This document shows positions 43,604-57,105 of a DNA stretch of 64,000 nucleotides, one piece after another. The DNA lies in NCBI RefSeq assembly GCF_009914755.1, contig NC_060933.1. The stretch is one strand, 5' to 3'. The notes under the pieces were generated by a model, which did not search any database, had not been told where the DNA came from, and saw only the letters and a program-made list of their open reading frames with translations. The stretch comes from the human T2T-CHM13v2.0 reference genome, Homo sapiens. The first letter of the stretch is position 1; each line of letters opens with the position of its first letter. Position numbers and translations under genes: made by a program.

Positions 43604-46600
43604 ATTCCATTCAATTCCATTCCGTTCCATTCCATTCCATTACATTCGGATTGATTCTATTCAACTCCCTTACCCTCCATTACATTCCATTCCATTCGGG
43701 GTGTTCCATTCCATTCCATTCCATTCCACTCCATTCCATTGCACTCGGGTTTATTCCATTCCATTCCATTCCATTCCATTCCATTCCATTCCATTCCATT
43801 CCGGAAGATTCCATTCCATTGCATTCCATTCCATTCCTTTCCCCTGCACTCGCATTGATTCCATTCCATTCCTTTCCATTCCATTCCATTCCATTCCTTT
43901 CCGTTCCATTCCATTCCATTCCATTCTATTCGGTTCCGTTCCGTTCCGTTCCATTCCATTCCATTCCATTCCATTCTATTCGGGTTAATTCCATTCCATT
44001 CCATTCGACTGCAATCGAGTTGATTCCATTCCATTCCATTCCATTCCATTCCATTCCATTCCATTCTTTCCATTCCATTCAAGTGGAATCCATTCCATTG
44101 CATTCCATTCCATTCCATTCCCCTGCAGTCGGGTTGATTCCATTCCATTCCATTCCATTCCATTCCATTCCATTCCGTTCCGTTCCGTTCCGTTCCATTC
44201 CATTCCATTCTATTCTATTCGGGTTAATTCCATTCCATTCCATTCCATTCCATTCCATTCCAATCGAGTTGATTCCATTCCATTCCATACCATTCCATCC
44301 CACTCCATTCCAGTCCTTTCCATTCCATTCCACTCGGGTTGATTCCAATGTATTCCTTTCCATTCCATTGCATTCCATTGCAATAGAGTTGATTCCATTG
44401 CTTTGCATTCCATTCCATTCCATTCCATTCCGGATGATTCCATTCCATTGCATTCCATTCCATTCCATTCCCCTGCACTCGGGTTGATTCTATTCCATTC
44501 CATTCCGTTCCGTTCCATTCCATTCCATTCCATTCTATTCGGGTTAATTCCATTCCATTCCATTCGATTGCAATCGTTTTGATTCCATTCCATTCCATTC
44601 CATTCCATTCCATCCCATTCCATTCCTTTCCATTCCATTACGGATGATTCCATTCCATTGCATTCCATTCCATTCCATTCCCCTGTACTCGGGTTGATTC
44701 CATTCCATTGCATTCCAATCCATGCCCTTCCACTCGTGTACATTCCATTCTTTCCATTCCATTCAAGTTGAATCCATTCCATTGCATTCCATTCCATTCG
44801 ATTCCATTCGATTGCACTCGGGTTGATTCCATTCCATTGCATTCCATTCCATTCAATTCCGTTCCATTCCATTCCATTCCATTCGGATTGATTCTATTCA
44901 ATTCCCTTACACTCCATTACATTCCATTCCATTCGGGTAGTTTCCATTCCATTCCATTCCATTCCTCTCCTTTCCATTGCACTCGGGTTGATTCCATTCC
45001 ATTGCATTCCATTCCATTCCATTCAATTCCATTCCGTTTCATTCCATTCCATTACATTCTGATTGATTCTATTCAACTCCCTTACTCTCCATTACATTCC
45101 ATTCCATTCGGGCTGTTCCATTCCATTCCATTCCATTCCACTCCATTCCATTGCACTCGGGTTTATTCCATTCCATTCCATTCCATTCCATTCCATTCCG
45201 GAAGATTCCATTCCATTGCATTCCATTCCATTCCATTCCCCTGCACTCGCGTTGATTCCATTCCATTCCATTCCATTCCATTCCATTCCTTTCCGTTCCA
45301 TTCCATTGCATTCCATTCCATTCCATTCCATTCCATTCCATTCCGTTCCGTTCCGTTCCATTCCATTCCATTCCATTCTATTCGGGTTAATTCCATTCCA
45401 TTCCATTCGATTGCAATCGAGTTGATTCCATTCCATTCCATTCCATTCCATTCCATTCCATTCCATTCCATTCCTTTCCATTCCATAACGGATGATTCCA
45501 TTCCATTGCATTCCATTCCATTCCATTCCCCTGTACTCGGGTTCATTCCATTCCATTCCATTCCAATCCATGCCATTCCACTCGTTTTCATTCCATTCTT
45601 TCCATTCCATTCAAGTTGAATCCATTCCATTGCATACCATTCCATTCCATTCCCCTGCAGTCGGGTTGATTCCATTCCATTCCATTCCATTCCATTCCAT
45701 TCCGTTCCGTTCCGTTCCGTTCCGTTCCATTCCATTCCATTACATTCTATTCGGGTTAATTCCATTCCATTCCATTCCATTCCATTCCATTCCATTCCAA
45801 TCGAGTTGATTCCATTCCATTCCATTCCATTCCATTCCACTCCATTCCAGTCCTTTCCATTCCATTCCACTCGGGTTGATTCCAATGTATTCCTTTCCAT
45901 TCCATTCCATTCCATTGCAATCGAGTTGATTCCATTGCTTTGCATTCCATTCCATTCCATTCCATTCCGGATGATTCTATTCCATTGCATTCCATTCCAT
46001 TCCATTCCCCTGCACTCGGGTTGATTCCATTCCATTCCACTCCATTCCGTTCCATTCCATTCCATTCCATTGTATTCGTGTTAATTCCATTCCATTCCTT
46101 TCCATTCCATTCCATTCCATTAAATTCCTTTACAATCGAGTTGATTCCATTCCATTCCATTCCATGCCATTCCATTCCAGTCCTTTCCATTCCATTCCAC
46201 TCGGGGTGATTCCATTCTATTAGTTTCCATTCCATTCCATTCCCTTCCATTCCACTCTGGTTGATTCCATTCCTTTCCATTCCACTCGAATACATTCCCT
46301 CCTATTCCACTCGGAACGATTCCAATCCTTTCCATTCCATTCCATTCCATTCCATTCCATTTCGTTCCATTCCATTCTATTCCGTATCATTCCATTCCAT
46401 TCCATTCCATTCCAATCGTGTTGATTCCATTCATTTCCATTCCATTCGATTTGAAGGCATTCCATTCCATTCCATTCCATTCCATTCCATTCCATTCCAT
46501 TCCATTGTACTCGGGTTGATTGCATTCCATTGCATTCCATTCCATTCTATTCCGTTGCATTCCATTCCATTACATTCGGATTGATTCTATTCAACTCCCT

Positions 46601-49600
46601 TACTCTCCATTACATTCCACTGCATTCGGGTTGTTCCATTCCATTCCATTCCATTCCACTCCATTCCATTGCACTCGGGTTGATTCCATTCCATTCCATT
46701 CCATTCCATTCCATTCCATTCCATTCCAGATGATTCCATTCCATTGCATTCCATTCCATTCCATTCCCCTGCACTCGCGTTGATTCCATTCCATTCCATT
46801 CCATTCCATTCCATTCCATTCCATTCCATTGCATTCCATTCCATTCCTTTCCGTTCCATTCCATTCCATTCCATTCCATTCCGTTCCGTTCCGTTCCGTT
46901 CCATTCCATTCCATTCCATTCTATTCGGGTTAATTCCATTCCATTCCATTCGACTGCAATCGAGTTGATTCCATTCCATTCCATTCCATTCCATTCCATT
47001 CCATTCCATTCTTTCCATTCCATTCAAGTTGAATCCATTCCATTGCATTCCATTCCATTCCATTCCCCTGCACTCGGGTTGATTCCATTCCATTCCATTA
47101 CATTACATTCCGTTCCATTCCATTCCATTCCATTCGGATTGATTCTATTCAATTCCCTTACACTCCATTACATTCCATTCCATTCGGGTAGTTTCCATTC
47201 CATTCCATTCCATTCCTCTCCATTCCATTGCACTCGGGTTGATTCCATTCCATTCCATTCCATTCCATTCGATTACATTACATTCCATTCCATTCCGTTC
47301 CATTGTACTCGGGTTGATTCCATTCCATTGCATTCCATTCCATTCCATTCCATTCCATTCCATTCCGTTCCATTCCATTACATTCGGATTGATTCTATTC
47401 AACTCCCTTACTCTCCATTACATTCCATTCCATTCGGGTTGTTCCATTCCATTCCATTCCATTCCCCTCCATTCCATTGTGCTCGGTTTGATTCCATTCC
47501 ATTCCATTCCATTCCATTCCATTCCATTCCGGAAGATTCCATTCCATTGTATTCCATTCCATTCCATTACCCTGCACTCGCGTTGATTCCATTCCATTCC
47601 ATTCTATTCCATTCCATTCCCTTCCTTTCCGTTCCATTCCATTCCATTCCATTCCATTCCATTCCGTTCCGTTCCGTTCCATTCCATTCCATTCCATTCC
47701 ATTCCGGATGATTCCATTCCATTGCATTCCGTTCCATTACATTCCCCTGCACTCGGCTTGATTCCATTCCATTCCATTCCATTCCATTCGATTCCATTCC
47801 ATTCCAATTCTTTCCATTCCATTCTATTCCGTACCATGCCATTCCATTCCATACAATTCCATTCCATTCCATTCCACTCCGTTCCGTTCCGTTCCGTTCC
47901 ATTCCATTCCATTCCATTCTATTCGGGTTAATTCCATTCCATTCCATTCGATTGCAATCGAGTTGATTCCATTCCATTCCATTCCATTCCATTCCATTCC
48001 ATTCCATTCCTTTCCATTCCATTACGGATGATTCCATTCCATTGCATTCCATTCCATTCCATTCCCCTATACTCGGGTTGATTCCATTCCATTCCATTCC
48101 AATCCATGCCATTCCACTCGTGTTGATTCCATTCTTTCCATTCCATTCAAGTTGAATCCATTCCATTGCATTCCTTTCCATTCGATTCCATTCGATTGCA
48201 CTCGGGTTGATTCCATTCCATTGCATTCCATTCCATTCCATTCCATTCCATTTCATTCCATTCCGTTCCATTCCATTCCATTACATTCGGATTGATTCTA
48301 TTCAATTCCCTTACACTCCATTACATTCCATTCCATTCGGGTAGTTTCCATTCCATTCCATTCCATTCTTCTCCATTCCATTGAACTCGGGTTGATTCCA
48401 TTCCATTGCATTCCATTCCATTGCATTCCATTCCATTCCCTTCCATTCCATTCCATTACATTCGGATTGACTCTATTCAACTCCCTTACTCTCGATTACA
48501 TTCCATTCCATTCGGGTTGTTCCATTCCATTCCATTCCATTCCACTCCATTCCATTGCACTCGGGTTTATTCCATTCCATTCCATTCCATTCCATTCCAT
48601 TCCGGAAGATTCCATTCCATTGCATTCCATTCCATTCCATTCCCCTGCACTCGCGTTGATTCCATTCCATTCCATTCCATTCCATTCCATTCCTTTCCAT
48701 TCCATTCCTTTCCGTTCCATTCCATTCCATTCCATTCCATTCCATTCCATTCCGTTCCGTTCCGTTCCGTTCCATTCCATTCCATTCCATTCTATTCGGG
48801 TTAATTCCATTCCATTCCATTCGGTTGCAATCGAGTTGATTCCATTCCATTCCATTCCATTCCATTCCATTCCATTCCATTCCATTCCATTCCTTTCCAT
48901 TCCATTACGGATGATTCCATTCCATTGCATTCCATTCCATTCCATTCCCCTGTACTCGGGTTCATTCCATTCCATTCCATTCCAATCCATGCCATTCCAC
49001 TCGTGTTGATTCCATTCTTTCCATTCCATTCAAGTTGAATCCATTCCATTGCATTCCATTCCATTCCATTCCCCTGCAGTCGGGTTGTTTCCATTCCATT
49101 CCATTCCGTTCCGTTCCGTTCCATTCCATTCCATTCCATTCTATTCGGGTTAATTCCATTCCATTCCATTCCATTCCATTCCATTCCATTCCATTCCATT
49201 CCAATCGAGTTGATTCCATTCCATTCCGTTCCATTCCATTCCGCTCCATTCCAGTCCTTTCCATTCCATTCCACTCGGGTTGATCCCAATGTATTCCTTT
49301 CCATTCCATTCCATTCCATTGCAATCGAGTTGATTCCATTGCTTTGCATTCCATTCCATTCCATTCCATTCCGGATGATTCCATTCCATTGCATTCCATT
49401 CCATTCCATTCCCCTGCACTCGGGTTGATTCCATTCCATTCCACTCCATTCCGTTCCATTCCATTCCATTGCATTGTATTCAGGTTAATTCCATTCCATT
49501 CCATTCCATTCCATTCCATTCCATTCCATTACAATCGAGTTGATTCCATTCCATTCCATTCCATTCCAGTCCTTTCCATTCCATTCCTCTCGGGTTGATT

Positions 49601-49876
49601 CCATTCTATTAGTTTCCATTCCATTCCATTCCCTTCCATTCCACTCTGGTTGATTCCATTCCTTTCCATTCCACTCGAATACATTCCCTCCTATTCCACT
49701 CGGAACGATTCCATTCCATTCCATTCCATTCCATTCATTTCGTTCCATTCCATTCTATTCCGTATCATTTCATTCCATTCCATTCCATTCCATTCCATTC
49801 CGTTCCATTCCATTCCATTGTACTCGGGTTGATTCAATTCCATTGCATTCCATTCCATTCCATTCCATTCCATTCC

Positions 49877-52800
49877 ATTCCGTTGCATTCCATTCCATTA
49901 CATTCGGATTGATTCTATTCAACTCCCTTACTGTCCATTACATTCCATTCCATTCGGGTTGTTCCATTCCATTCCATTCCATTCCACACCATTCCATTGC
50001 ACTCGGATTGATTCCATTGCATTCCATTCCATTCCATTCCATTCCATTCCGGATGATTCCATTCCATTGCATTCCGTTCCATTACATTCCCCTGCACTCG
50101 CGTTGATTCCATTCCATTCAATTCCATTCCGTTCAATTCCATTCCATTACAATTCGTTCCATTCCATTCTATTCCGTACCATTCCATTCCATTCCATACC
50201 ATTCCATTCCATTCCATGCCATTCCATTCCGTTCCATTCCGTTCCATTCCATTCCATTCCATTCTATTCGGGTTAATTCCATTCCATTCCATTCCATTCC
50301 ATTCCATTCTCTTCCATTCCATTGCAATCGAGTTGAATCCATTGCATTTCATTCCATTCCATTCCATTCCATTCCGGAAGATTCCATTCCATTGCATTCC
50401 ATTCCATTCCATTCCCCTGCACTCGCGTTGATTCCATTCCATTCCATTCCATTCCATTCCATTCGATTCCATTCCGTTCCGTTCCATTCCATTCCATTCC
50501 ATTCCATTCCATTCCATTCCGTTCCGTTCCATTCCATTCCATTCCATTCTATTCGGGTTAATTCCATTCCATTCCATTCGATTGCAATCGAGTTGATTAC
50601 ATTCCATTCCATTCCATTCCATTCCTTTCCATTTCATTCCTTTCCATTCCAATACGGATGATTCCATTCCATTGCATTCCATTCCATTCCATTCCCCTGT
50701 ACTCGGGTTGTTTCCATTCCATTCCATTCCAATCCATGCCATTCCACTCGTGTTGATTCCATTCTTTCCATTCCATTCAAGTTGAATCCATTCCATTGCA
50801 TTCCATTCCATTTGATTCCATTCGATTGCACTCGGGTTGATTCCATTCCATTACATTCCATTCCATTCCATTCCGTTCCGTTCCATTCCATTCCATTCCA
50901 TTCCATTCCATTCCGTTCCGTTCCATTCCATTCCATTCCATTCTATTCGGGTTAATTCCATTGCATTCCATTCGATTGCCATCGAGTTGATTCCATTCCA
51001 TTCCATTCCATTCCATTCCATTCCATTCCTTTCCATTCCATTACGGATGACTCCATTCCATTGCATTCCATTCCATTCCATTCCCCTGTACTCGGGTTGA
51101 TTCCATTCCTTTCCATTCCTCTCCATTCGGTTCCGTTGCATTCCATTCTATTGCATTCCATTCTATTCGGGTTAATTGCATTCCATTCTATTCCATTCCA
51201 TTCCATTCCATTCCATTGCAATGGAGTTTATTCCATTCCATTCCATTCCATTCTGGATGATTCCATTCCATTGCATTCCATTCCATTCCATTCCCCTGCA
51301 CTCGTGTTGATTCCATTCCCTTCCATTCCATTCCATTCCGTTCCATTCCATTCCATTCCATTCTATTCCGGTTAATTCCATTCCATTCCATTCCATTCCA
51401 TTCCATTCCATTCCATTGCAATCGAGTTGTTTCCATTCCATTCCTTTCCATTCCATTCCATTGCCTTGCATTCCACTCGGGTTGATTCCATTCCCTTCTT
51501 TCCACTCCATTACATTCCCTTCCATTCCACTCGGAATGATTGATTCCATTCCATTCCATTCCATTTCATTCCATTGCAATCCATTCCAATCCATTCCATT
51601 CCATTCCATTCCACTCGAGTTGACTTCATTCCATTCCTTTCCATTCCATTCCATTCCTTTCCACTCGAGTTGATTCCATTCCATTCCAATCCATTGCATT
51701 CCATTCCATGCCATTCCACTCGGGTTGATTCCATTCCTTTGCATTCCATTCCATTCCATTCCATTGCATTCCATTCCATTCCATTCCGTTGCATTCCATT
51801 CCATTACATTCGGATTGATTCTATTCAACTCCCTTACTCTCCATTACATTCCATTCCATTCGGGTTGTTCCATTCCATTCCATTCCATTCCATTCCGTTC
51901 CATTCCATTCCATTCCATTCCATTCTATTCGGGTTAATTCCATTCCATTCCATTCGATTGCAATCGTGTTGATTCCATTCCATTCCATTCCATTCCATTC
52001 CATTCCATTCCATTCCATTCCATTCCATTACGGATGATTCCATTCCATTGCATTCCATTCCATTCCATTCCCCTGTACTCGGGTTGATTCCATTCCATTG
52101 CATTCCAATCCATGCCCTTCCACTCGTGTTGATTCCATTCTTTCCATTCCATTCAAGTTGAATCCATTCCATTGCATTCCATTCCATTCGATTCCATTCG
52201 ATTGCACTCGGGTTGATTCCATTCCATTGCATTCCATTCCATTCCATTCCATTCCATTCCGTTCCATTACATTACATTACATTCGAATTGATTCTATTCA
52301 ATTCCCTTACACTCCATTACATTCCATTCCATTCGGGTAGTTTCCATTCCTTTCCATTCCATTCCTCTCCATTCCATTGCACTCGGGTTGATACCATTCC
52401 ATTGCATTCCATTCCATTCCATTCAATTCCATTCCGTTCCATTCCATTCCATTACATTCGGATTGATTCTATTCAACTCCCTTACTCTCCATTACATTCC
52501 ATTCCGTTCGGGTTGCTCCATTGCATTCCATTCCATTCCACTCCATTCCATTGCACTCGGGTTTATTCCATTCCATTCCCTTCCATTCCATTCCATTCCA
52601 TTCCATTCCGGAAGATTCCATTCCATTGCATTCCATTCCATTCCATTCCCCTTCTCTCGCGTTGATTCCATTCCATTCCATTCCATTCCATTCCAATCCA
52701 TTCCATTCCTTTCCGTTGCATTCCATTCCATTCCATTCCATTCCATTCCATTCCATTCCATTCCGTACCGTTCCATTCCATTCCATTCCATTCCATTCTA

Positions 52801-55740
52801 TTCGGGTTAATTCCATTCCATTCCATTCGATTGCAATCGAGTTGATTCCATTCCATTCCATTCCATTCCATTCCATTCCATTCCATTCCTTTCCTTTCCA
52901 TTACGGATGATTCCATTCCATTGCATTCCATTCCATTCCATTCCCCTGTACTCGGGTTGATTCCATTCCATTCCATTCCAATCCATGCCATTCCACTCGT
53001 GTTGATTCCATTCTTTCCGTTCCATTCAAGTTGAATCCATTCCATTGCATTCCATTCCATTCCATTCCCCTGCAGTCGGGTTGATTCCATTCCATTCCAT
53101 TCCATTCCATTCCATTCCATTCCATTCCGTTCCGTTCCGTTCCGTTCTCTTCCATTCCATTCCATTCTATTCGGGTTAATTCTATTCCATTCCATTCCAT
53201 TCCATTCCAATCGAGTTGATTCCATTCCATTCCATTCCATTCCATTCCACTCCATTCCAGTCCTTTCCATTCCATTCGACTCGGGTTGATTCCAATGTAT
53301 TCCTTTCCATTCCATTCCCTTCCATTGCAATCGAGTTGATTCCATTGCTTTGCATTCCATTCCATTCCATTCCATTCCGGATGATTCCATTCCATTGCAT
53401 TGATTCCATTCAATTCCCCTGCACTCGGGTTGATTCCATTCCATTCCACTCCATTCCGTTCCATTCCATTCCATTCCATTGTATTCGGGTTAATTCCATT
53501 CCATTCCATTCCATTCCATTCCATTCCATTTCATTCCATTCCATTACAATCGAGTTGATTCCATTCCATTCCATTCCATTCCATTCCATTCCATTCCAGT
53601 CCTTTCCATTCCATTCCACTCGGGTTGATTCCATTCTATTAGTTTCCATTCCATTCCATTCCCTTCCATTCCACTCTGGTTGATTCCATTCCTTTCCATT
53701 CCACTCGAATACATTCCCTCCTATTCCACTCGGAACGATTCCATTCCTTTCCATTCCATTCCATTCCATTCCATTCCAGTTCGTTCCATTCCGTTCTATT
53801 CCGTACCATTCCATTCCATTCCATTCCTTTCCATTCCATTCCTTTCCACTCGTGTTGATTCCATTCCTTTCCATTCCATTCGGTTTGAAGGCATTCCTTT
53901 CCATTCAAATCCATTCCATTCCATTCCATTCCATTCCATTCTATTCCATTCCATTGCAATCGAGTTGAATCCATTGCCTTTCATTCCATTCCATTCCATT
54001 CCATTAAGGAAGATTCCATTCCATTGCATTCCATTCCATTCCATTCCCCTGCACTTGCGTTGATTCCATTCCATTCCATTCCATTCCATTCCGTTCTGTT
54101 CCATTCCATTCCATTCCATTCCGTTCCGTTCCATTCCATTCCATTCCATTCTATTCGGGTTAATTCTATTCCATTCCATTCGATTGCCATCGAGTTGATT
54201 CCTTTCCATTCCATTCCATTCCATTCCATTCCATTCCATTCCATTCCTTTCCATTCCATTACGGATGACTCCATTCCATTGCATTCCATTCCATTCCATT
54301 CCCCTGTACTCGGGTTGATTCCATTCCATTCCATTCCACTGCATTCGGTTCCGTTGCATTCCATTCTATTGCATTCCATCTATTCGGGTTAATTCCATTC
54401 CATTCTATTCCATTCCATTCCATTCCATTCCATTGCAATGGAGTTGATTCCATTCCATTCCATTCCATTCCGGATGATTCCATTCCATTGCATTCCATTC
54501 CATTCCATTCCCCTGCACTCGTGTTGATTCCATTCCCTTCCATTCCATTGCATTCCGTTCCATTCCATTCCATTCCATTCTATTCCGGTTAATTCCATTC
54601 CATTCCATTCCATTCCATTCCATTCCATTCCATTCCATTGCAATCGAGTTGATTCCATTCCATTCCTTTCCATTCCATTCCATTGTCTTGCATTCCACTC
54701 GGATTGATTACATTCCCTTCTTTCCACTCCATTACATTCCCTTCCATGATTGATTCCATTCCATTCCATTCCATTGCAATCCATTCCAATCCATTTCATT
54801 CCATTCCATTCCACTCGAGTTGACTTCATTCCATTCCTTTCCATTCCATTCCATTCCTTTCCACTCGAGTTGATTCCATTCCATTCCAATCCATTGCATT
54901 CCATTCCATGCAATTCCACTCGGGTTGATTCCATTCCTTTGCATTCCATTCCATTCCATTCCATTCCATTCCATTCCGTTGCATTCCATTCCATTACATT
55001 CGGATTGATTCTATTCAACTCCCTTACTCTCCATTACATTCCATTCCATTCGGGTTGTTCCATTCCATTCCATTCCATTCCACTCCATTCCATTGCACTC
55101 GGATTGATTCCATTCCATTCCATTCCATTCCATTCCATTCCATTCCATTCCATTCCATTCCGGATGATTCCATTCCATTGCATTCCGTTCCATTGCATTC
55201 CCCTGCACTCGCGTTGATTCCATTCCATTCCATTCCATTCCTTTCAATTCCACTGCATTACAATTCGTTCCATTCCATTCTATTCCGTACCATTCCATTC
55301 CATTCCATACCATTCCATTCCATTCCATTCCATTCCCTTCCGTTCCATTCCGTTCCATTCCATTCCATTCTATTCGGGTTAATTCCATTCCATTCTATTC
55401 CATTCCATTCTATTCCATTCCATTGCAATCGAGTTGAATCGACTGCATTTCATTCCATTCCATTCCATTCCATTCCATTCCGGAATATTCCATTCCATTG
55501 CATTCCATTCCATTCCATTCCCCTGCACTCGCGTTGATTCCATTCCATTCCATTCCATTCCATTCCATTCCGTTCCGTTCCGTTCCGTTCCATTCCATTC
55601 CATTCCATTCCATTCCATTCCGTTCCGTTCCATTCCATTCCATTCCATTCCATTCTATTTGGGTTAATTCCATTCCATTCCATTCGATTGCAATCGTGTT
55701 GATTCCATTCCATTCCATTCCATTCCATTCCATTCCATTC
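49877..55740 (+). repeat. Partial macro-repeat, copy C
   Basis: Matching pseudo-ORFs at 28896/49915, 32651/53680 and 34026/55055. Collinearity with B ends near 55740. Confidence 0.88.
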
Positions 55741-56923
55741 CATTCCATTCCATTCCGTTCCTTTCCATTCCATTACGGATGATTCCATTCCATTGCATTC
55801 CATTCCATTCCATTCCCCTGTACTCGGGTTGATTCCATTCCATTGCATTCCAATCCATGCCCTTCCACTCGTGTTGATTCCATTCTTTCCATTCCATTCA
55901 AGTTGAATCCAATCCATTGCATTCCATTCCATTCGATTCCATTCGATTGCACTCGGGTTGATTCCATTCCATTGCATTCCATTCCTTTCCGTTCCATTCC
56001 ATTCCATTCCATTCCATTCCATTCCGTTCCATTCCATTCCATTACATTCGGATTGATTCTATTCAATTCCCTTACACTCCATTACATTCCATTCCATTCG
56101 GGTAGTTTCCATTCCATTCCATTCCATTCCTCTCCATTCCATTGCAATCGGGTTGATTCCATTCCATTGCATTCCATTCCATTCCATTCAATTCCATTGT
56201 GTTCCATTCCATTCCATTACATTCGGATTGATTCTATTCAACTCCCTTACTCTCCATTACATTCTATTCCATTCGAGCTGTTCCATTCCATTCCATTCCA
56301 TTCCACTCCATTCCATTGCACTCGGGTTTATTCCATTCCATTCCATTCCATTCCATTCCATTCCATTCCATTCCGGAAGATTCCATTCCATTGCATTCCA
56401 TTCCATTCCATTCCCCTGCACTCGCGTTGATTCCATTCCATTCCATTCCATTTCATTCCATTCCATTCCTTTCCGTTCCATTCCATTCCATTCCATTCCA
56501 TTCCATTCCATTCCGTTCCGTTCCGTTCCGTTCCGTTCCGTTCCATTCCATTCCATTCCATTCTATTCGGGTTAATTCCATTCCATTCCATTCGATTGCA
56601 ATCGAGTTGATTCCATTCCATTCCATTCCATTCCATTCCATTCCATTCCATTCCTTTCCATTCCATTACGGATGATTCCATTCCATTGCATTCCATTCCA
56701 TTCCATTCCCCTGTACTCGGGTTCATTCCATTCCATTCCATTCCAATCCATGCCATTCCACTCGTGTTGATTCCATTCTTTCAATTCCATTGAAGTTGAA
56801 TCCATTCCATTGCATTCCATTCCATTCCATTCCCCTGCAGTCGGGTTGATTCCATTCCATTCCATTCCATTCCATTCCATTCCATTCCATTCCGTTCCGT
56901 TCCGTTCCATTCCATTCCATTCC

Positions 56924-57105
56924 ATTCTATTCGGGTTAATTCCATTCCATTCCATTCCATTCCATTCCATTCCATTCCACTCCATTCCAGTCCTTTCCGT
57001 TCCATTCCATTCCATTCCATTCTATTCGGGTTAATTCCATTCCATTCCATTCCATTCCATTCCATTCCATTCCACTCCATTCCAGTCCTTTCCATTCCAT
57101 TCCAC
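56924..57105 (+). repeat. ~95-bp local tandem duplication
   Basis: ATTCT-ATTCG-GGTTA ... ACTCC-ATTCC-AGTCC-TTTCC occurs twice, with GGTTA at 56934 and 57029. Confidence 0.7.

Larger units (their letters stand above)
28858..49876 (+). repeat. ~21.02 kb macro-repeat, copy B (rearranged at ~34710-39540)
   Basis: Matches A at ~28858-34190 and ~39540-49876, and C at ~28858-34710 (offsets 21019-21029). Confidence 0.9.
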
